Notes: generated from the letters alone by a model not told the origin. 64,000 bases of DNA from Promethearchaeota archaeon (GCA_048939625.1 JBHLPH010000001.1:1-64000); one strand, 5' to 3'; positions 39,594 through 49,978 are shown, counted from the stretch's first letter. A program made the numbers and translations.

Positions 39594-40258
39594 TCGTTCA
39601 TTCCCTCCGAAGGTGAATCATTTTCAGTTGGTTCATCTTGGAACCAAGGCGATGCGATACGCCGATTCGACCATAAAAACCATAATAGAACGCCGAAGAC
39701 GATGAGTATGAGAAAACTACCAATAAATATTACAAAGATGAATATCAGATATGAAAACCCTATGAGAAAAATAAATAGAAATGAGCAGGCGTTGGCAATT
39801 ACAACCCCAGCAAGAAGCATGATTGTTGAAAATTGCACTCCAGTGTATTGAATGGTTATTCTGTTGTTAAATACAAACCACCTCCAACCTTGGTGCCAAA
39901 TAAAGAATTCCAAGAGAATGGGAACCATAAAGAATCCAAGAAAAACACCTACAGGATTCCAAAATAGATTCACAGCTTGTTGGAGGATATCAAAGTAATA
40001 TGGCATTGGGAGCACCCAGATTAAAGCCCCGTAGATAACCAAGGCGACACCGAACGAAAGAGGTGTGCTTAGGATTTGTACAAGCCCCATCCATCCGACA
40101 AGTGGCATGAACTGCTGCCTAACACCTTGTCGATACAAAATGACCGTCCAGGCGATTGATTCGAGGAAGGCACTCCATGCCCAACTAGCCAATAGGCTGG
40201 TAAAGAAGATTAAACCAGGTGGGAAACTATACCCGAAATTCAGCATTGCAGTCAGCAA
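39590..40258 (-). CDS. Polytopic membrane protein
   Basis: About 5 TM; ATGA overlap with the downstream gene. Confidence 0.65.
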   Translation of the reverse strand: MLTAMLNFGYSFPPGLIFFTSLLASWAWSAFLESIAWTVILYRQGVRQQFMPLVGWMGLVQILSTPLSFGVALVIYGALIWVLPMPYYFDILQQAVNLFWNPVGVFLGFFMVPILLEFFIWHQGWRWFVFNNRITIQYTGVQFSTIMLLAGVVIANACSFLFIFLIGFSYLIFIFVIFIGSFLILIVFGVLLWFLWSNRRIASPWFQDEPTENDSPSEGMNE

Positions 40259-40359
40259 TCCCCTTATCCCTCAATAAGTGGGTTCGTACATGCTTTTAAT
40301 GGTAATTCCACATTAATTAGTTTATGATTGGGGAAATTCAGCAAGGTCATTGGACGTGA

Positions 40360-40812
40360 TTGGATTTGAGTTTGGATGAGTACAAAAAGAAACGTGATTT
40401 TTCAAAAACCCCGGAACCTGAACCAGAGGTAAAACCAGGTGATGGTCAATTATACGTGATTCAACGGCATCAAGCTCGAAACCTCCATTGGGATTTGCGA
40501 TTAGAGCGGCAAGGAGTTTTGGTGAGCTGGGCTGTACCAAAAGAACCACCTACCAAGAAAGGCATACGACGGTTGGCAATCCAAACCGAAGATCATCCGA
40601 TTGAGTACGGGTCTTTTGAAGGAATGATTCCCGAAGGCGAGTATGGAGCTGGACAAGTCGAACTGTGGGATACGGGGACCTTTGAAGTGGAGAAATGGGA
40701 AGAGAATGAGATTATTGTGTTAATTCAGGGAAAGCGATTAGGGGGACGATATTGCCTGATTCGTTTCAAAAAAGTCGAAGATGGATGGCTGTTCTTTCGG
40801 TGTGGGGAATAA
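40360..40812 (+). CDS. Stand-alone LigD 3'-phosphoesterase domain protein
   Basis: YKKKRDFSKTPEP, VIQRHQARNLHWDLRLE, SWAVPK, RLAIQTEDHPIEY, YGAG..WDTG. Confidence 0.93.
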   Translation: MDLSLDEYKKKRDFSKTPEPEPEVKPGDGQLYVIQRHQARNLHWDLRLERQGVLVSWAVPKEPPTKKGIRRLAIQTEDHPIEYGSFEGMIPEGEYGAGQVELWDTGTFEVEKWEENEIIVLIQGKRLGGRYCLIRFKKVEDGWLFFRCGE

Positions 40813-40895
40813 TTTTTGTCGGAGAATTGTCGTGAGAGGGGCAATCTTTTAGCCTTTGACGCCTCTTTCTGTAATAGGTTCTAGTTAGTTTTCGA

Positions 40896-41768
40896 TTGGA
40901 GAGAAGCTATCAGGTGAAGCTGGTCAGCTACGCAACGGATGCCGGACCGCGTGTTGGATGTTTGGATAATGGAGAGGTAGTACCAACGCCTGGTATTCCA
41001 GATATGATAGATTACCTCAAGGATGCAAGTTTAGAATCAACGATTGAAGCAGCATTGAAAGGTCGAATTGGTGCAAAGCCTGTTGAAGAAATGAAGTTAC
41101 TTGCACCTCTACCACGACCTACGAAAATCATTGCTATTGGGCTAAACTATAAGGACCATGTGAAAGAGACTGGGCGAGAGATACCCCAAGCACCTGTTCT
41201 CTTTTCAAAACCCCCCACAGCAACGATAGGACCCGACGATACCATCATCCTTCCTAATCAGGCCAAGCAAGTCGATTATGAAGTCGAATTAGGAGTTGTT
41301 ATCAGCCAAGGTGGAAGAAATATTCCTCCAGATATGGCCCTGGATCATGTTGGGGGATATACTATCGTAAATGACATATCCGCACGTGATTTCCAATATC
41401 GAGATGGCCAATGGTTCCGTGGAAAAAGTTTCGATACTTTTGCGCCTATGGGTCCCGTTTTGACTCTACCTGATCAACTCCCGGATCCACAAAACCTTCG
41501 ATTGAAGTTACGACTCAATGGGAAAACACGACAAGATAGTTCAACCTCGAAGATGGTGTTCAGTGTTGCGGAGTTAATTGCAGATATTTCTCAAGTACTC
41601 ACCTTAGAGCCAGGTGATGTTATCGCCACTGGAACACCTGCGGGAGTAGGCTTCGCTGCAAAACCCAAACCAGTCTTTTTACAATCAGGGGATGTAGTGG
41701 AAGCTGAGATTGAAGGAATCGGGATTTTAAGCAACCCCGTTACCCGAGATGGCACTCAGGTTGAATAA
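40896..41768 (+). CDS. Fumarylacetoacetate hydrolase family protein
   Basis: IGLNYKDH, DYEVEL, NDISARD, GKSFDTF, GDVIATGTPAG. Confidence 0.93.
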   Translation: MERSYQVKLVSYATDAGPRVGCLDNGEVVPTPGIPDMIDYLKDASLESTIEAALKGRIGAKPVEEMKLLAPLPRPTKIIAIGLNYKDHVKETGREIPQAPVLFSKPPTATIGPDDTIILPNQAKQVDYEVELGVVISQGGRNIPPDMALDHVGGYTIVNDISARDFQYRDGQWFRGKSFDTFAPMGPVLTLPDQLPDPQNLRLKLRLNGKTRQDSSTSKMVFSVAELIADISQVLTLEPGDVIATGTPAGVGFAAKPKPVFLQSGDVVEAEIEGIGILSNPVTRDGTQVE

Positions 41769-41779
41769 GACCAATTCCA

Positions 41780-43744
41780 CTAATTTTCATTCTCATCGCT
41801 TGATGTGTAATCGAGTAGGCGTTTCTGTTGTTTAGGAGGTTTCCGATCGCGTGATTCTAGAGTTTCTTCAGTCGTGTCATTAAATGGCTGTGCAATCTCA
41901 TCGGAGAGATAAGCATCAAGGGGACGAGATTGCTGTTTGGGAAATTCAATATCTAATGGAACAAGAATTTGTTCAAAGGCCATTTCGAGTTTGCGGATGT
42001 AGTCAGGAATATCGATTTCATCTTTGGTAGCCATATGTGTGGGTTTCACTGTGAAAGTGCGTGCGCCATATCGGAAGGGATTAACCTTGACGAAGCGGAC
42101 TTCGTCCCGTTTTTTCACTTTAATTCCTTTATCACTTAGCTGTTGTAGAGCCTGATATGGTTGTGCCAATGCTGTACCTTTTTCCCGCTCTTTGTCCCCT
42201 TTCCACACTTTGACCCGATACTCCATTTCATCAACTGCAAAATCGCGTCGGCGAAGCCGTGTAATTTCTCGTTGCAAGATGCCTACAATTTCTAGTTTTG
42301 CATCTTCCAATTTGGCGGGGTTTTCGACTAAGGCAAGAGGTTTGACGGCTTCTAAGAAGATTTCTCGAAATCGTGGTGGGGTACTGGACTTTCCTAATGT
42401 AATTCCTTTAATGTCAGGTTTCCCATCCTGGAGAATGCCAAAATAGGCTTTTTTCGCTGAGCTGAAAACACAGAGCTTGTATACTACATCGATGGCGAGT
42501 TTGAGTTTCAGTTCATCTTGAACGATTTTGATTAGCCAATCAATCTGCTTTGGGTTGGGATTGTCCAAAAAGATAGAATCTGTATCACCATAGATAGGAT
42601 GCATGCTGTGTTCAATGGCGAAATCCCAAGTTGTGCGTAATGACCATCGACCGTATGCCATCATTGATTCGGCTAATGGAGGACTTGCCAGACCTTGGAT
42701 GCGAATGGTGACCCCGCCACTGCTGACAAGAAGAAATTTCAAAAGATCAGAAATGGTTCTGGCTTGGGTACGTTGCTTTTGAGGTAAATTCATTTGTCGA
42801 CTGCGCGGTTTGAACCAATGGATTCGGAGGTCTTTGAGAGCCCCGATGAGGGCACTGAAAATTCCTCGTCGTTGGTTACATACATAATGAGGTTCATCGG
42901 GAACTGCATGGGTTTTGCAATCATCATGTTCACAGTCCATAGTTTCATAGGAGAGGTTGTATGTATCAATAAGGCTAGGGTAGAGAGATTCAAAGTCTAA
43001 GACGGTCATGTTGTAATAGGTGCCTGGTGTGGGAGCAATGGTTAGAGCCCCTTCGACACGGTGGGGTTTGTGACCTTTGGTTAGGTCATCTGGATTGGGT
43101 ATTAAGATGCCCAGTTTTCGGTAGGTTGTATGAAGCATGGACCGGATCCATTCGGAGACGCTTCGGCTGGTCAGTGCCCGTCTAAAAGGGATGTTAGCAA
43201 TTCTTGCGAGCATGCTTGCCCATAAAATCTTAGATTCATCATAGGTTGTATTCGATGTAAGTAGAGATTGAGGAATTTCAGGCACAGGTTGAACGGCATA
43301 TCGGAAGTATTCTTTCAAGAAAGCAAATTTTAATGGATCTTGGTCCGCAGTCTCTGCGAAGAGAGTATCGAATTCATCGAGCTCTGTGCTGGGAAAATGT
43401 AAATCGAGAGAGTAGCCTCTTTGTGATTTTATATGGGGGCAGCCAAAACGTTGGTTCTGGTCATAGACATAACTTAGACCTGGATCGATGTTTCGTTCCC
43501 ATTCACGGTCTAGGCGAGTCTGAAGAGAGGAAGGGACCCGCGCAACAGTGATGAACTCGTCTTTCATTAGTTCCTTTCGTTGAACAGCTTCCCCTAACGT
43601 TGCCGGTTGAGCATAGAAGTAGGGCTCAAAATCCAATTTGATGGTGGTGAGTTTTTGACTAGCGGAGTCAAGGAAGGTTAGCATAACTGCGTGATCGGTT
43701 TCGGAATAGACCGCGTCTAATAACCAGAAGCGATTATCCGACAT
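41780..43744 (-). CDS. Family B DNA polymerase, PolB1-like, lacking the 3'-5' exonuclease domain
   Basis: DFESLYPS, NLSYET, YGDTDS, KKAYFG, IKG; only 654 aa with no DIE Exo I motif. Confidence 0.88.
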   Translation of the reverse strand: MSDNRFWLLDAVYSETDHAVMLTFLDSASQKLTTIKLDFEPYFYAQPATLGEAVQRKELMKDEFITVARVPSSLQTRLDREWERNIDPGLSYVYDQNQRFGCPHIKSQRGYSLDLHFPSTELDEFDTLFAETADQDPLKFAFLKEYFRYAVQPVPEIPQSLLTSNTTYDESKILWASMLARIANIPFRRALTSRSVSEWIRSMLHTTYRKLGILIPNPDDLTKGHKPHRVEGALTIAPTPGTYYNMTVLDFESLYPSLIDTYNLSYETMDCEHDDCKTHAVPDEPHYVCNQRRGIFSALIGALKDLRIHWFKPRSRQMNLPQKQRTQARTISDLLKFLLVSSGGVTIRIQGLASPPLAESMMAYGRWSLRTTWDFAIEHSMHPIYGDTDSIFLDNPNPKQIDWLIKIVQDELKLKLAIDVVYKLCVFSSAKKAYFGILQDGKPDIKGITLGKSSTPPRFREIFLEAVKPLALVENPAKLEDAKLEIVGILQREITRLRRRDFAVDEMEYRVKVWKGDKEREKGTALAQPYQALQQLSDKGIKVKKRDEVRFVKVNPFRYGARTFTVKPTHMATKDEIDIPDYIRKLEMAFEQILVPLDIEFPKQQSRPLDAYLSDEIAQPFNDTTEETLESRDRKPPKQQKRLLDYTSSDENEN

Positions 43745-43805
43745 TCCTTATACACCTAGCCAGCTTGGAATGGGAGTTCCTTTGGTTTTAACCTTACCCT
43801 AATCG

Positions 43806-45566
43806 CTACAGGTAGATTGGAAGGATGGCGGCCATGAGCCAAGAGAAAAGAAAGGCATTGAAGAAGACTGCAATATAGAAGCGGTTACTTAATCGATAGG
43901 ACCAGGCAAGGTATGTTGTGGAAACAGCGTACATGGGGATGAAAATCCAGAGGAACAGAAGGTAAAAACCCATAAATCCAGAGATAAAGGGACCACCGAT
44001 TATGAAACTCATTACGGTTTGAATGAAAAGGATGAACGCCATAATGAGAACTTTGATGAAAATTGCTTTACTTGTCCACCAGGTCTGAGTGTACCACCAC
44101 TTCTCTTGTGGTTTCGTACGAAGATAGCCCATGATCCAAAGTCCATCAATGAGGGTCACAGGAAGCAAGAGGAAGAAGTATAGTGGAACAAAGAGGGCAC
44201 GCAGAGGTGAGAGGGCTTTCAAGAAAGGGAGAAACACTCGGAAGTCTAAGGCTAAGTATAGGTCAACAGGAATAACCCAAAGGTACAACCAGATAATTCC
44301 GATCAGCCCTAATAGGAAGCCAATAGAGAGGGTCATTATTAGCGATTTGATGCCGCCATTCTTTAAACCATTAAAGCCACCTAAGTCATTCCATGAAGGA
44401 GGATCTTCTTTTCGTTGAAGGAAGAATTTAATGCAGATGAGAAGAAGGAAGGCTACTAATCCCCCCAGAAATAACCCTAAGACAACGGGCAATCCTAGGC
44501 TTTGTGGATAAGTGAAAGGAAGGTTAACCAATAGCATGGCAAATAGGGCTAAAAGACCAAGTACTCCATAAAGAAGACCCATTGCCAGATAAAGTGGTGT
44601 TTTGGCAAAATATCTTGAATTGGGTGAGTGTTGAATTCGACGGAATGGTTTGAATTGAATCAAGATTGTGAAAAGGGCCAGAGTTGATAATACCGCACCA
44701 AGACAGGAAATAAGGCCACCTGCCACCCACATGGGATAAAGGAGAAGGGTGCTTGGAATCCAATAGGCATCAGGGGTTCCCTTCAAACTGGTCATGAGCC
44801 ATTCTGTGGTTGCGCTGATACAAGTTGGATCTATTGTTTCGAACAGATGATTAGTGGGAGGGAGAATGACCATTCGAGCGGTTCCGGTTGCAAAGTTTCC
44901 GTAAAGTTGTCCTGGAATGACAGGTGTAGTGGTGTTAAATGGAGTGGCAAGCGAGTTTAGTAATTCTGGGACATCGAAAAGTTCATCATATAATCCTACA
45001 ACCACAAAGATATTTCGTGGAACCGAAGCATTGGCCCAAGTTGCCATATTACTACTACCGCCTCCAACAAGAACCAAGCTATCGACGGGTGTAGAAGTCT
45101 CGTTTAAGGTCTGGATGGCAATTCCTGCACCCATGCTGTGACCTACCATACCAAGGGTGCTGACATAGGCAAGTCCGTTTAGATAGTCTAGGGCGGCTAT
45201 TCCTCCTTGATCTGTATTTGATCCGACACTGGGTCCTGAATTTCCATGTCCGACAGCATCGATTGTAAGAACCACAAATCCCCGTCGGGCTAGTTCGATG
45301 CCAAAGGCCATTACCCATTCCTTTGATTGAATAACACCATGAATCACTACAACTCCCGGTAATGGAGTCGCAGGTGTAGCAGCAAGAGGTCGCTGGAGAA
45401 TCCCGGAAATTGGGACACCACCGGAAGTCGTTAGGGTAATTTCAGTGGCTTGGACTGTGCCTAAGTTGTTCTGAGCCCCCCAAGCGAGAGCTATTCCACT
45501 TATCATCATAAGGATGCTAAGGATGAAAACAAGATAGCGAGGACGTATTCCTGCCATTGGCTCCAC
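43806..45566 (-). CDS. Alpha/beta hydrolase with multi-TM C-terminal domain
   Basis: VVIHG, GHGNS, GHSMG nucleophile elbow, DE, NH; about 7-8 C-terminal TM. Confidence 0.85.
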   Translation of the reverse strand: MEPMAGIRPRYLVFILSILMMISGIALAWGAQNNLGTVQATEITLTTSGGVPISGILQRPLAATPATPLPGVVVIHGVIQSKEWVMAFGIELARRGFVVLTIDAVGHGNSGPSVGSNTDQGGIAALDYLNGLAYVSTLGMVGHSMGAGIAIQTLNETSTPVDSLVLVGGGSSNMATWANASVPRNIFVVVGLYDELFDVPELLNSLATPFNTTTPVIPGQLYGNFATGTARMVILPPTNHLFETIDPTCISATTEWLMTSLKGTPDAYWIPSTLLLYPMWVAGGLISCLGAVLSTLALFTILIQFKPFRRIQHSPNSRYFAKTPLYLAMGLLYGVLGLLALFAMLLVNLPFTYPQSLGLPVVLGLFLGGLVAFLLLICIKFFLQRKEDPPSWNDLGGFNGLKNGGIKSLIMTLSIGFLLGLIGIIWLYLWVIPVDLYLALDFRVFLPFLKALSPLRALFVPLYFFLLLPVTLIDGLWIMGYLRTKPQEKWWYTQTWWTSKAIFIKVLIMAFILFIQTVMSFIIGGPFISGFMGFYLLFLWIFIPMYAVSTTYLAWSYRLSNRFYIAVFFNAFLFSWLMAAILPIYL

Positions 45567-45674
45567 CTTTTCTGAAGCCCCCCTCCTGTGTGATTTTGTA
45601 TATTACTGTATAGGGAATAGCGAATCTAGGTTGAGAAAGCCCGGCAACTTATATAGCCGAGTGAAACTGGCGAG

Positions 45675-46112
45675 TTGTTGATGATATTGAAGCATGTGTT
45701 GTTTGTCTGTGTTCAGAACGCAGGTCGCAGTCAAATGGCGGGTGCCTTTGCTCAGAAATATGGAGAAGGACGAATCACCGTCTCTACGGGAGGTACACAT
45801 CCGGCAAATCAAGTACATCCCGAAGTTGTTAAAGTTATGCAAGAGAAAGGAATTGATATCTCGGAGAATGTTCCGCGTCGAATATCAGTTGCTGAACTGA
45901 ATGCGGCGGATCAGGTAGTGGTAATGGGATGTGGTGCCGAAAGTTTCTGCCCAGCTCCCCTACTCATTAAGGTCATAGATTGGGACTTGGAGGACCCTGC
46001 TGGACAACCCCTTAAAAAAGTTAGAAAAATCCGAGATGAAATTGAACGTCGTGTTGTTCACCTTATCGATAACATGACCGCGATTGAAACACAAGGTACT
46101 AATTCTACTTAA
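45675..46112 (+). CDS. arsC: Arsenate reductase / low-molecular-weight PTP family
   Basis: FVCVQNAGRSQMA, MGCG...CP, WDLEDP. Confidence 0.85.
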   Translation: MLMILKHVLFVCVQNAGRSQMAGAFAQKYGEGRITVSTGGTHPANQVHPEVVKVMQEKGIDISENVPRRISVAELNAADQVVVMGCGAESFCPAPLLIKVIDWDLEDPAGQPLKKVRKIRDEIERRVVHLIDNMTAIETQGTNST

Positions 46113-46201
46113 GGGAAAAGACCTAAGGAAAATCGGTAAATCAGAGGATTTTATAAAAAGGATAATAGTGGATTGAGTATCGAAAGAAATCTTAGGAGCC
46201 T

Positions 46202-46753
46202 GTGAGTATGCAGCCTTTAGAACACCTAGTGAAAGAGCACCGATTAATTGCTCAGGCAGTCAATGTCACAAAGAGTTTTCGCAAAGAGATTGCTTCTGGT
46301 AGCCCCATTCGACCACGCCGTTATTGGTGGCTCATTGATTTTTGGAGCACCTATGCAGATCTGATTCACCATGGAAAGGAAGAACAATGGCTTTTCCCTT
46401 ACGTAATAGAGCATGGAGGGAGCGCTGAGTTCGGAGACACCATAGATAAGTTAGTGGAGGAGCATATGTACCTTCTTGCATATATTGCAGAACTTCGCCG
46501 ATTTGCACGTCCAATGTTTACTGGAGAACCTTCGGCTCGCGAGAGAGTTATCAGCTGTCTTGATAGGTATGTTGAACTCATCCAACCTCATATCAAGTTA
46601 GAGGATGAAGAACTCTTTCCAGCTGCCAATCAACTCCTATCAAAAACTGAATTGGATGAATTAGCCAAAGAGTTTAAGGCAAGGGATGCACGAACGGGGA
46701 CAAAAGTACAAATCTATTATACCGATCTGGTAAACAAACTACAGGAAAAGTGA
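46202..46753 (+). CDS. Hemerythrin-domain protein
   Basis: EH, HHGKEE..LFP, EEH, HIKLED..LFP. Confidence 0.9.
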   Translation: MSMQPLEHLVKEHRLIAQAVNVTKSFRKEIASGSPIRPRRYWWLIDFWSTYADLIHHGKEEQWLFPYVIEHGGSAEFGDTIDKLVEEHMYLLAYIAELRRFARPMFTGEPSARERVISCLDRYVELIQPHIKLEDEELFPAANQLLSKTELDELAKEFKARDARTGTKVQIYYTDLVNKLQEK

Positions 46754-47181
46754 AAACCATGGCTCACGACCGTTTGATCGAACTGCTTGAAACCCAACTC
46801 ACCTTAGAAAAAGAATCTGCTCGAGCCCTTCGGAAAGAAATGGAAGACATTGATCATTTGGGAATCAAAATCCTCTTTGAAATCTGTGCAGCAGATTCCA
46901 CAAAACACGCTAGCATGGTACAAATGCTGCTTGATGCTTTGAAGAACGAACCGAAACTCAAAGGGCCTGATGAAAAGACCTATGTGAGTACATGGAAACA
47001 GCGGAACCAAGGACTTGAAGCGATTAAACAGCACATTGACCGTGAAGTGAAGATGATCGAACTCCTTAAGGATGAAATTCTCGCTACCGATGACAAAGTC
47101 CTAAAGACGATTCTCAAACACATCGTCAAAGATGAAGAACGTCATCACAGAATCCTTAAAGAAGAAATTTGGGAGCTCTAG
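46750..47181 (+). CDS. Ferritin-like (rubrerythrin-type) protein
   Basis: E...DSTKH / E...DEERHH di-iron pattern. Confidence 0.8.
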   Translation: MKTMAHDRLIELLETQLTLEKESARALRKEMEDIDHLGIKILFEICAADSTKHASMVQMLLDALKNEPKLKGPDEKTYVSTWKQRNQGLEAIKQHIDREVKMIELLKDEILATDDKVLKTILKHIVKDEERHHRILKEEIWEL

Positions 47182-47252
47182 ATCGTTTCTCTGCGAAGAG
47201 GAGAAGTCTTTTTTATAGGTGAATCCCCTTCGGTGTCATTGAAACCCAAGGT

Positions 47253-47684
47253 GTGAACACCATGTCCGAAGGTCCTCACAAAGAACTACTCGAAATGATT
47301 GCACGGGCAATTAAAATTGAAAAGAAAGCCGTTGCGCTTTACAAAGAAACTGCCGCAACTATAGATAATGCTGCAGTTAAGCTTCTGATTGATGAGCTTG
47401 GTATGGATTCGGGTAAACACGCAAAGATGTATCAAACCGTTGAACGTGTCCTCAAAACCCAGCCATACTCATTCAAAGATTTTCATGAAGAGAAATGGAC
47501 GGATAAGTTGGTTGCCAAACGCGACCTCAAACAGCATATTGAAGTTGAAAAACAAATGATCGAACTTCTGGAAGAACAAATCAAAATCGCCAAGCAACCA
47601 ACAGTAAAAGCCATCCTTGAACACATACTTGAGGATGAAAAACGCCACCACAAAATCCTCATGCAAGTCATTGGCGAGCTCTAA
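47253..47684 (+). CDS. Ferritin-like protein (paralogue of the preceding gene)
   Basis: IEK...DSGKH / VEK...DEKRHH. Confidence 0.82.
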   Translation: MNTMSEGPHKELLEMIARAIKIEKKAVALYKETAATIDNAAVKLLIDELGMDSGKHAKMYQTVERVLKTQPYSFKDFHEEKWTDKLVAKRDLKQHIEVEKQMIELLEEQIKIAKQPTVKAILEHILEDEKRHHKILMQVIGEL

Positions 47685-47745
47685 TTCAACTGAGTTTCAT
47701 AAATTTGCCCACTACATGGGCTAGTTCTCATGTGCCAATCCACTT

Positions 47746-48723
47746 ATGTATAAGGCACGCATGAAAACTGATTTTATGGATATTCGGATTCAGCCCTGGG
47801 ATGAAATTAATCCTGAAGAGATAGCCCGTTTCACTCTTCAGACTAGACGAAACGAAGGCTTAGCCACCAATACGGCTAATATAGACACGTATCTCACTGC
47901 CATCCAATGGTGGACCAATCGAAAACACAGTACACCAATCATCGCCTATGATGGTGACCGAATGGTGGGTTGGCTTGTCTTTTTTTCATTCATTCCAACT
48001 ACCTCGACTATTGGTCGCTGGCATCCAATAGTCGAATCTAATCCCCAAAAAGACGAGATTGCTCAGCAACTCCTCCAAGCAAGCATTAATCACGCCAAGA
48101 AGCATCACTTCGAACGACTCGAAGCTGAATTGGTTGGGATTACAGCTGAGAACGAGACTTGGTATAAACGCTACCAAACTTGGTACAAAACCCTGGGATT
48201 CTTTCTAGCGTCTGAAGAAGCCCGTCTAGAAAAAGAGCTTATTGAGCACCAACCACCTCCAGAACTCCCACCAGAATTCGAGTTCCATTCAATCGACCAT
48301 TTTACTAATGAAGAACTCGAGTCATCATTTTTTGAAATGTTTGATAATAGTAAAGACCGGTTTTGGCTTCACCAGACGAATACCCAACGTAAAGAAACCT
48401 ACGAGTTCTGGTTTGATCGGGAAAGACCCTTTGTAGAAGAAGCGACTGCAGTACTGACGAAAAATGAGGAAATTATCGGATTAACGGTTGTACGTCCTGT
48501 TCAAGAGGCAGGGATGCTGGGACCCATAGCAATAGCTCCAAAATATCGTCGCCGCGGATTAGCACGAACCCTAATGCAATACAGTCTACGGGGGGCAAAG
48601 CATTGCGGAATTACTCGAATACAGCTCGAGTTTGACATTACCAATGAACCTGCGATGAATCTCTACAAGGAGCTGGGGTTCACACATGTGCATCGACTCG
48701 CAATCTTTTCTTTAACATTGTAA
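47746..48723 (+). CDS. Tandem GNAT acetyltransferase
   Basis: PKYRRRGLA, NEPAMNLYKELGF; degenerate N-terminal GNAT copy. Confidence 0.85.
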   Translation: MYKARMKTDFMDIRIQPWDEINPEEIARFTLQTRRNEGLATNTANIDTYLTAIQWWTNRKHSTPIIAYDGDRMVGWLVFFSFIPTTSTIGRWHPIVESNPQKDEIAQQLLQASINHAKKHHFERLEAELVGITAENETWYKRYQTWYKTLGFFLASEEARLEKELIEHQPPPELPPEFEFHSIDHFTNEELESSFFEMFDNSKDRFWLHQTNTQRKETYEFWFDRERPFVEEATAVLTKNEEIIGLTVVRPVQEAGMLGPIAIAPKYRRRGLARTLMQYSLRGAKHCGITRIQLEFDITNEPAMNLYKELGFTHVHRLAIFSLTL

Positions 48724-48819
48724 TGGGTGAATTACGGAAAACTTCACTGGTATTCCGTTTAAACTTAAATTTACGGAAAAACAGTTAATTTTATATGGGA
48801 GAATCCCCACATTCAAAGA

Positions 48820-49974
48820 TTGGAGACATCGACTTTGCCTAAACCGTCGAGTTGGTCGCCAAACCGTTTCATTCCTTCCAATCGTCCTATATTGGGTGCA
48901 GAAGAAAAAGCGGCGGTTGCAGAGGTCTTAGAAAGTGGCATGCTCACCAACAAATCTGGTGCAGGCCCCTTCACGCTTCGGTTTGAAGAAGCCTTTGCCA
49001 AGTACGTAGGTGCAAAACACGCCATAGCTGTCAACTCTGGAACCGCTGCTCTTCATACTGCATTATTAGCTTTCGACATCAAGGCGGGCGACGAGGTCAT
49101 TGCACCTCCCTTTAGTTTTATAGCGACCACGAACATGGTTCTCCTCAATGGCGCAAAAGTCGTATTTGCCGATATTTCTCCAGATACCTTTAACCTGGAT
49201 CCGAAGAAGGTAGAGGAAGTAATTACTCCAAAGACTAAAGCCATAATGCCTGTTCATCTTTATGGCCACCCCGCCGATATGGATCCATTATTAGACTTAG
49301 CAAAGAAACATGACCTCAAGATTATTGAAGACGCCTGTCAAGCCCACGGATCAAAGTACCGAGGTCGTGATGTTGGCACCGTGGGTGATGTGGGTTGCTT
49401 TAGTCTATATCCGAGTAAAGTCATTACAACCGGTGAAGGAGGACTCCTCACCACCAATGATGACGCGCTTGCTGAAAAACTACGACAAATTCGAACCCAT
49501 GGCGAAATTCGCCCCTATGAATACGTACAACTTGGGCATAATTACCGAATGCCTGAACTTCAATCGGCAATTGGTCTTGCCCAGGTGAAACGGATCCCCA
49601 AGTTTCTAAAAAACCGACGAGCCAACGCCATGTTTCTTACAGAGCAGCTCCAAGACCTCGATAGCATCGTATTACCCACAGAAGCGACTTGGGCGACCCA
49701 TAACTGGTATTTATACACCATCCGAATTCCTCGCCCCCGGAGTCGAGATGCAGTTCAAAAACGCCTCCTTGAAGCGAAGATAGGTGCCGCAATATATTAT
49801 GAGGTTCCCCTCCATCTCACTCCGATTTATCGTCGACTCTTCCAGTATAAGGAAGGGTTGATGCCTATTTCTGAGCAAGCAGCGAAGGAAGTGTTGTCCC
49901 TTCCAGTTCATCCCGCCCTCACTGAGGAAGAGCTAGAATGGATAGTGCAGCAGAGCCGAAACGCCCTCGTGTAG
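48820..49974 (+). CDS. DegT/DnrJ/EryC1/StrS sugar aminotransferase
   Basis: NSGTAAL, PVHLYG, EDACQAHG, FSLYPSKVITTGEGG, GHNYRM. Confidence 0.94.
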   Translation: METSTLPKPSSWSPNRFIPSNRPILGAEEKAAVAEVLESGMLTNKSGAGPFTLRFEEAFAKYVGAKHAIAVNSGTAALHTALLAFDIKAGDEVIAPPFSFIATTNMVLLNGAKVVFADISPDTFNLDPKKVEEVITPKTKAIMPVHLYGHPADMDPLLDLAKKHDLKIIEDACQAHGSKYRGRDVGTVGDVGCFSLYPSKVITTGEGGLLTTNDDALAEKLRQIRTHGEIRPYEYVQLGHNYRMPELQSAIGLAQVKRIPKFLKNRRANAMFLTEQLQDLDSIVLPTEATWATHNWYLYTIRIPRPRSRDAVQKRLLEAKIGAAIYYEVPLHLTPIYRRLFQYKEGLMPISEQAAKEVLSLPVHPALTEEELEWIVQQSRNALV

Positions 49975-49978
49975 CAAA

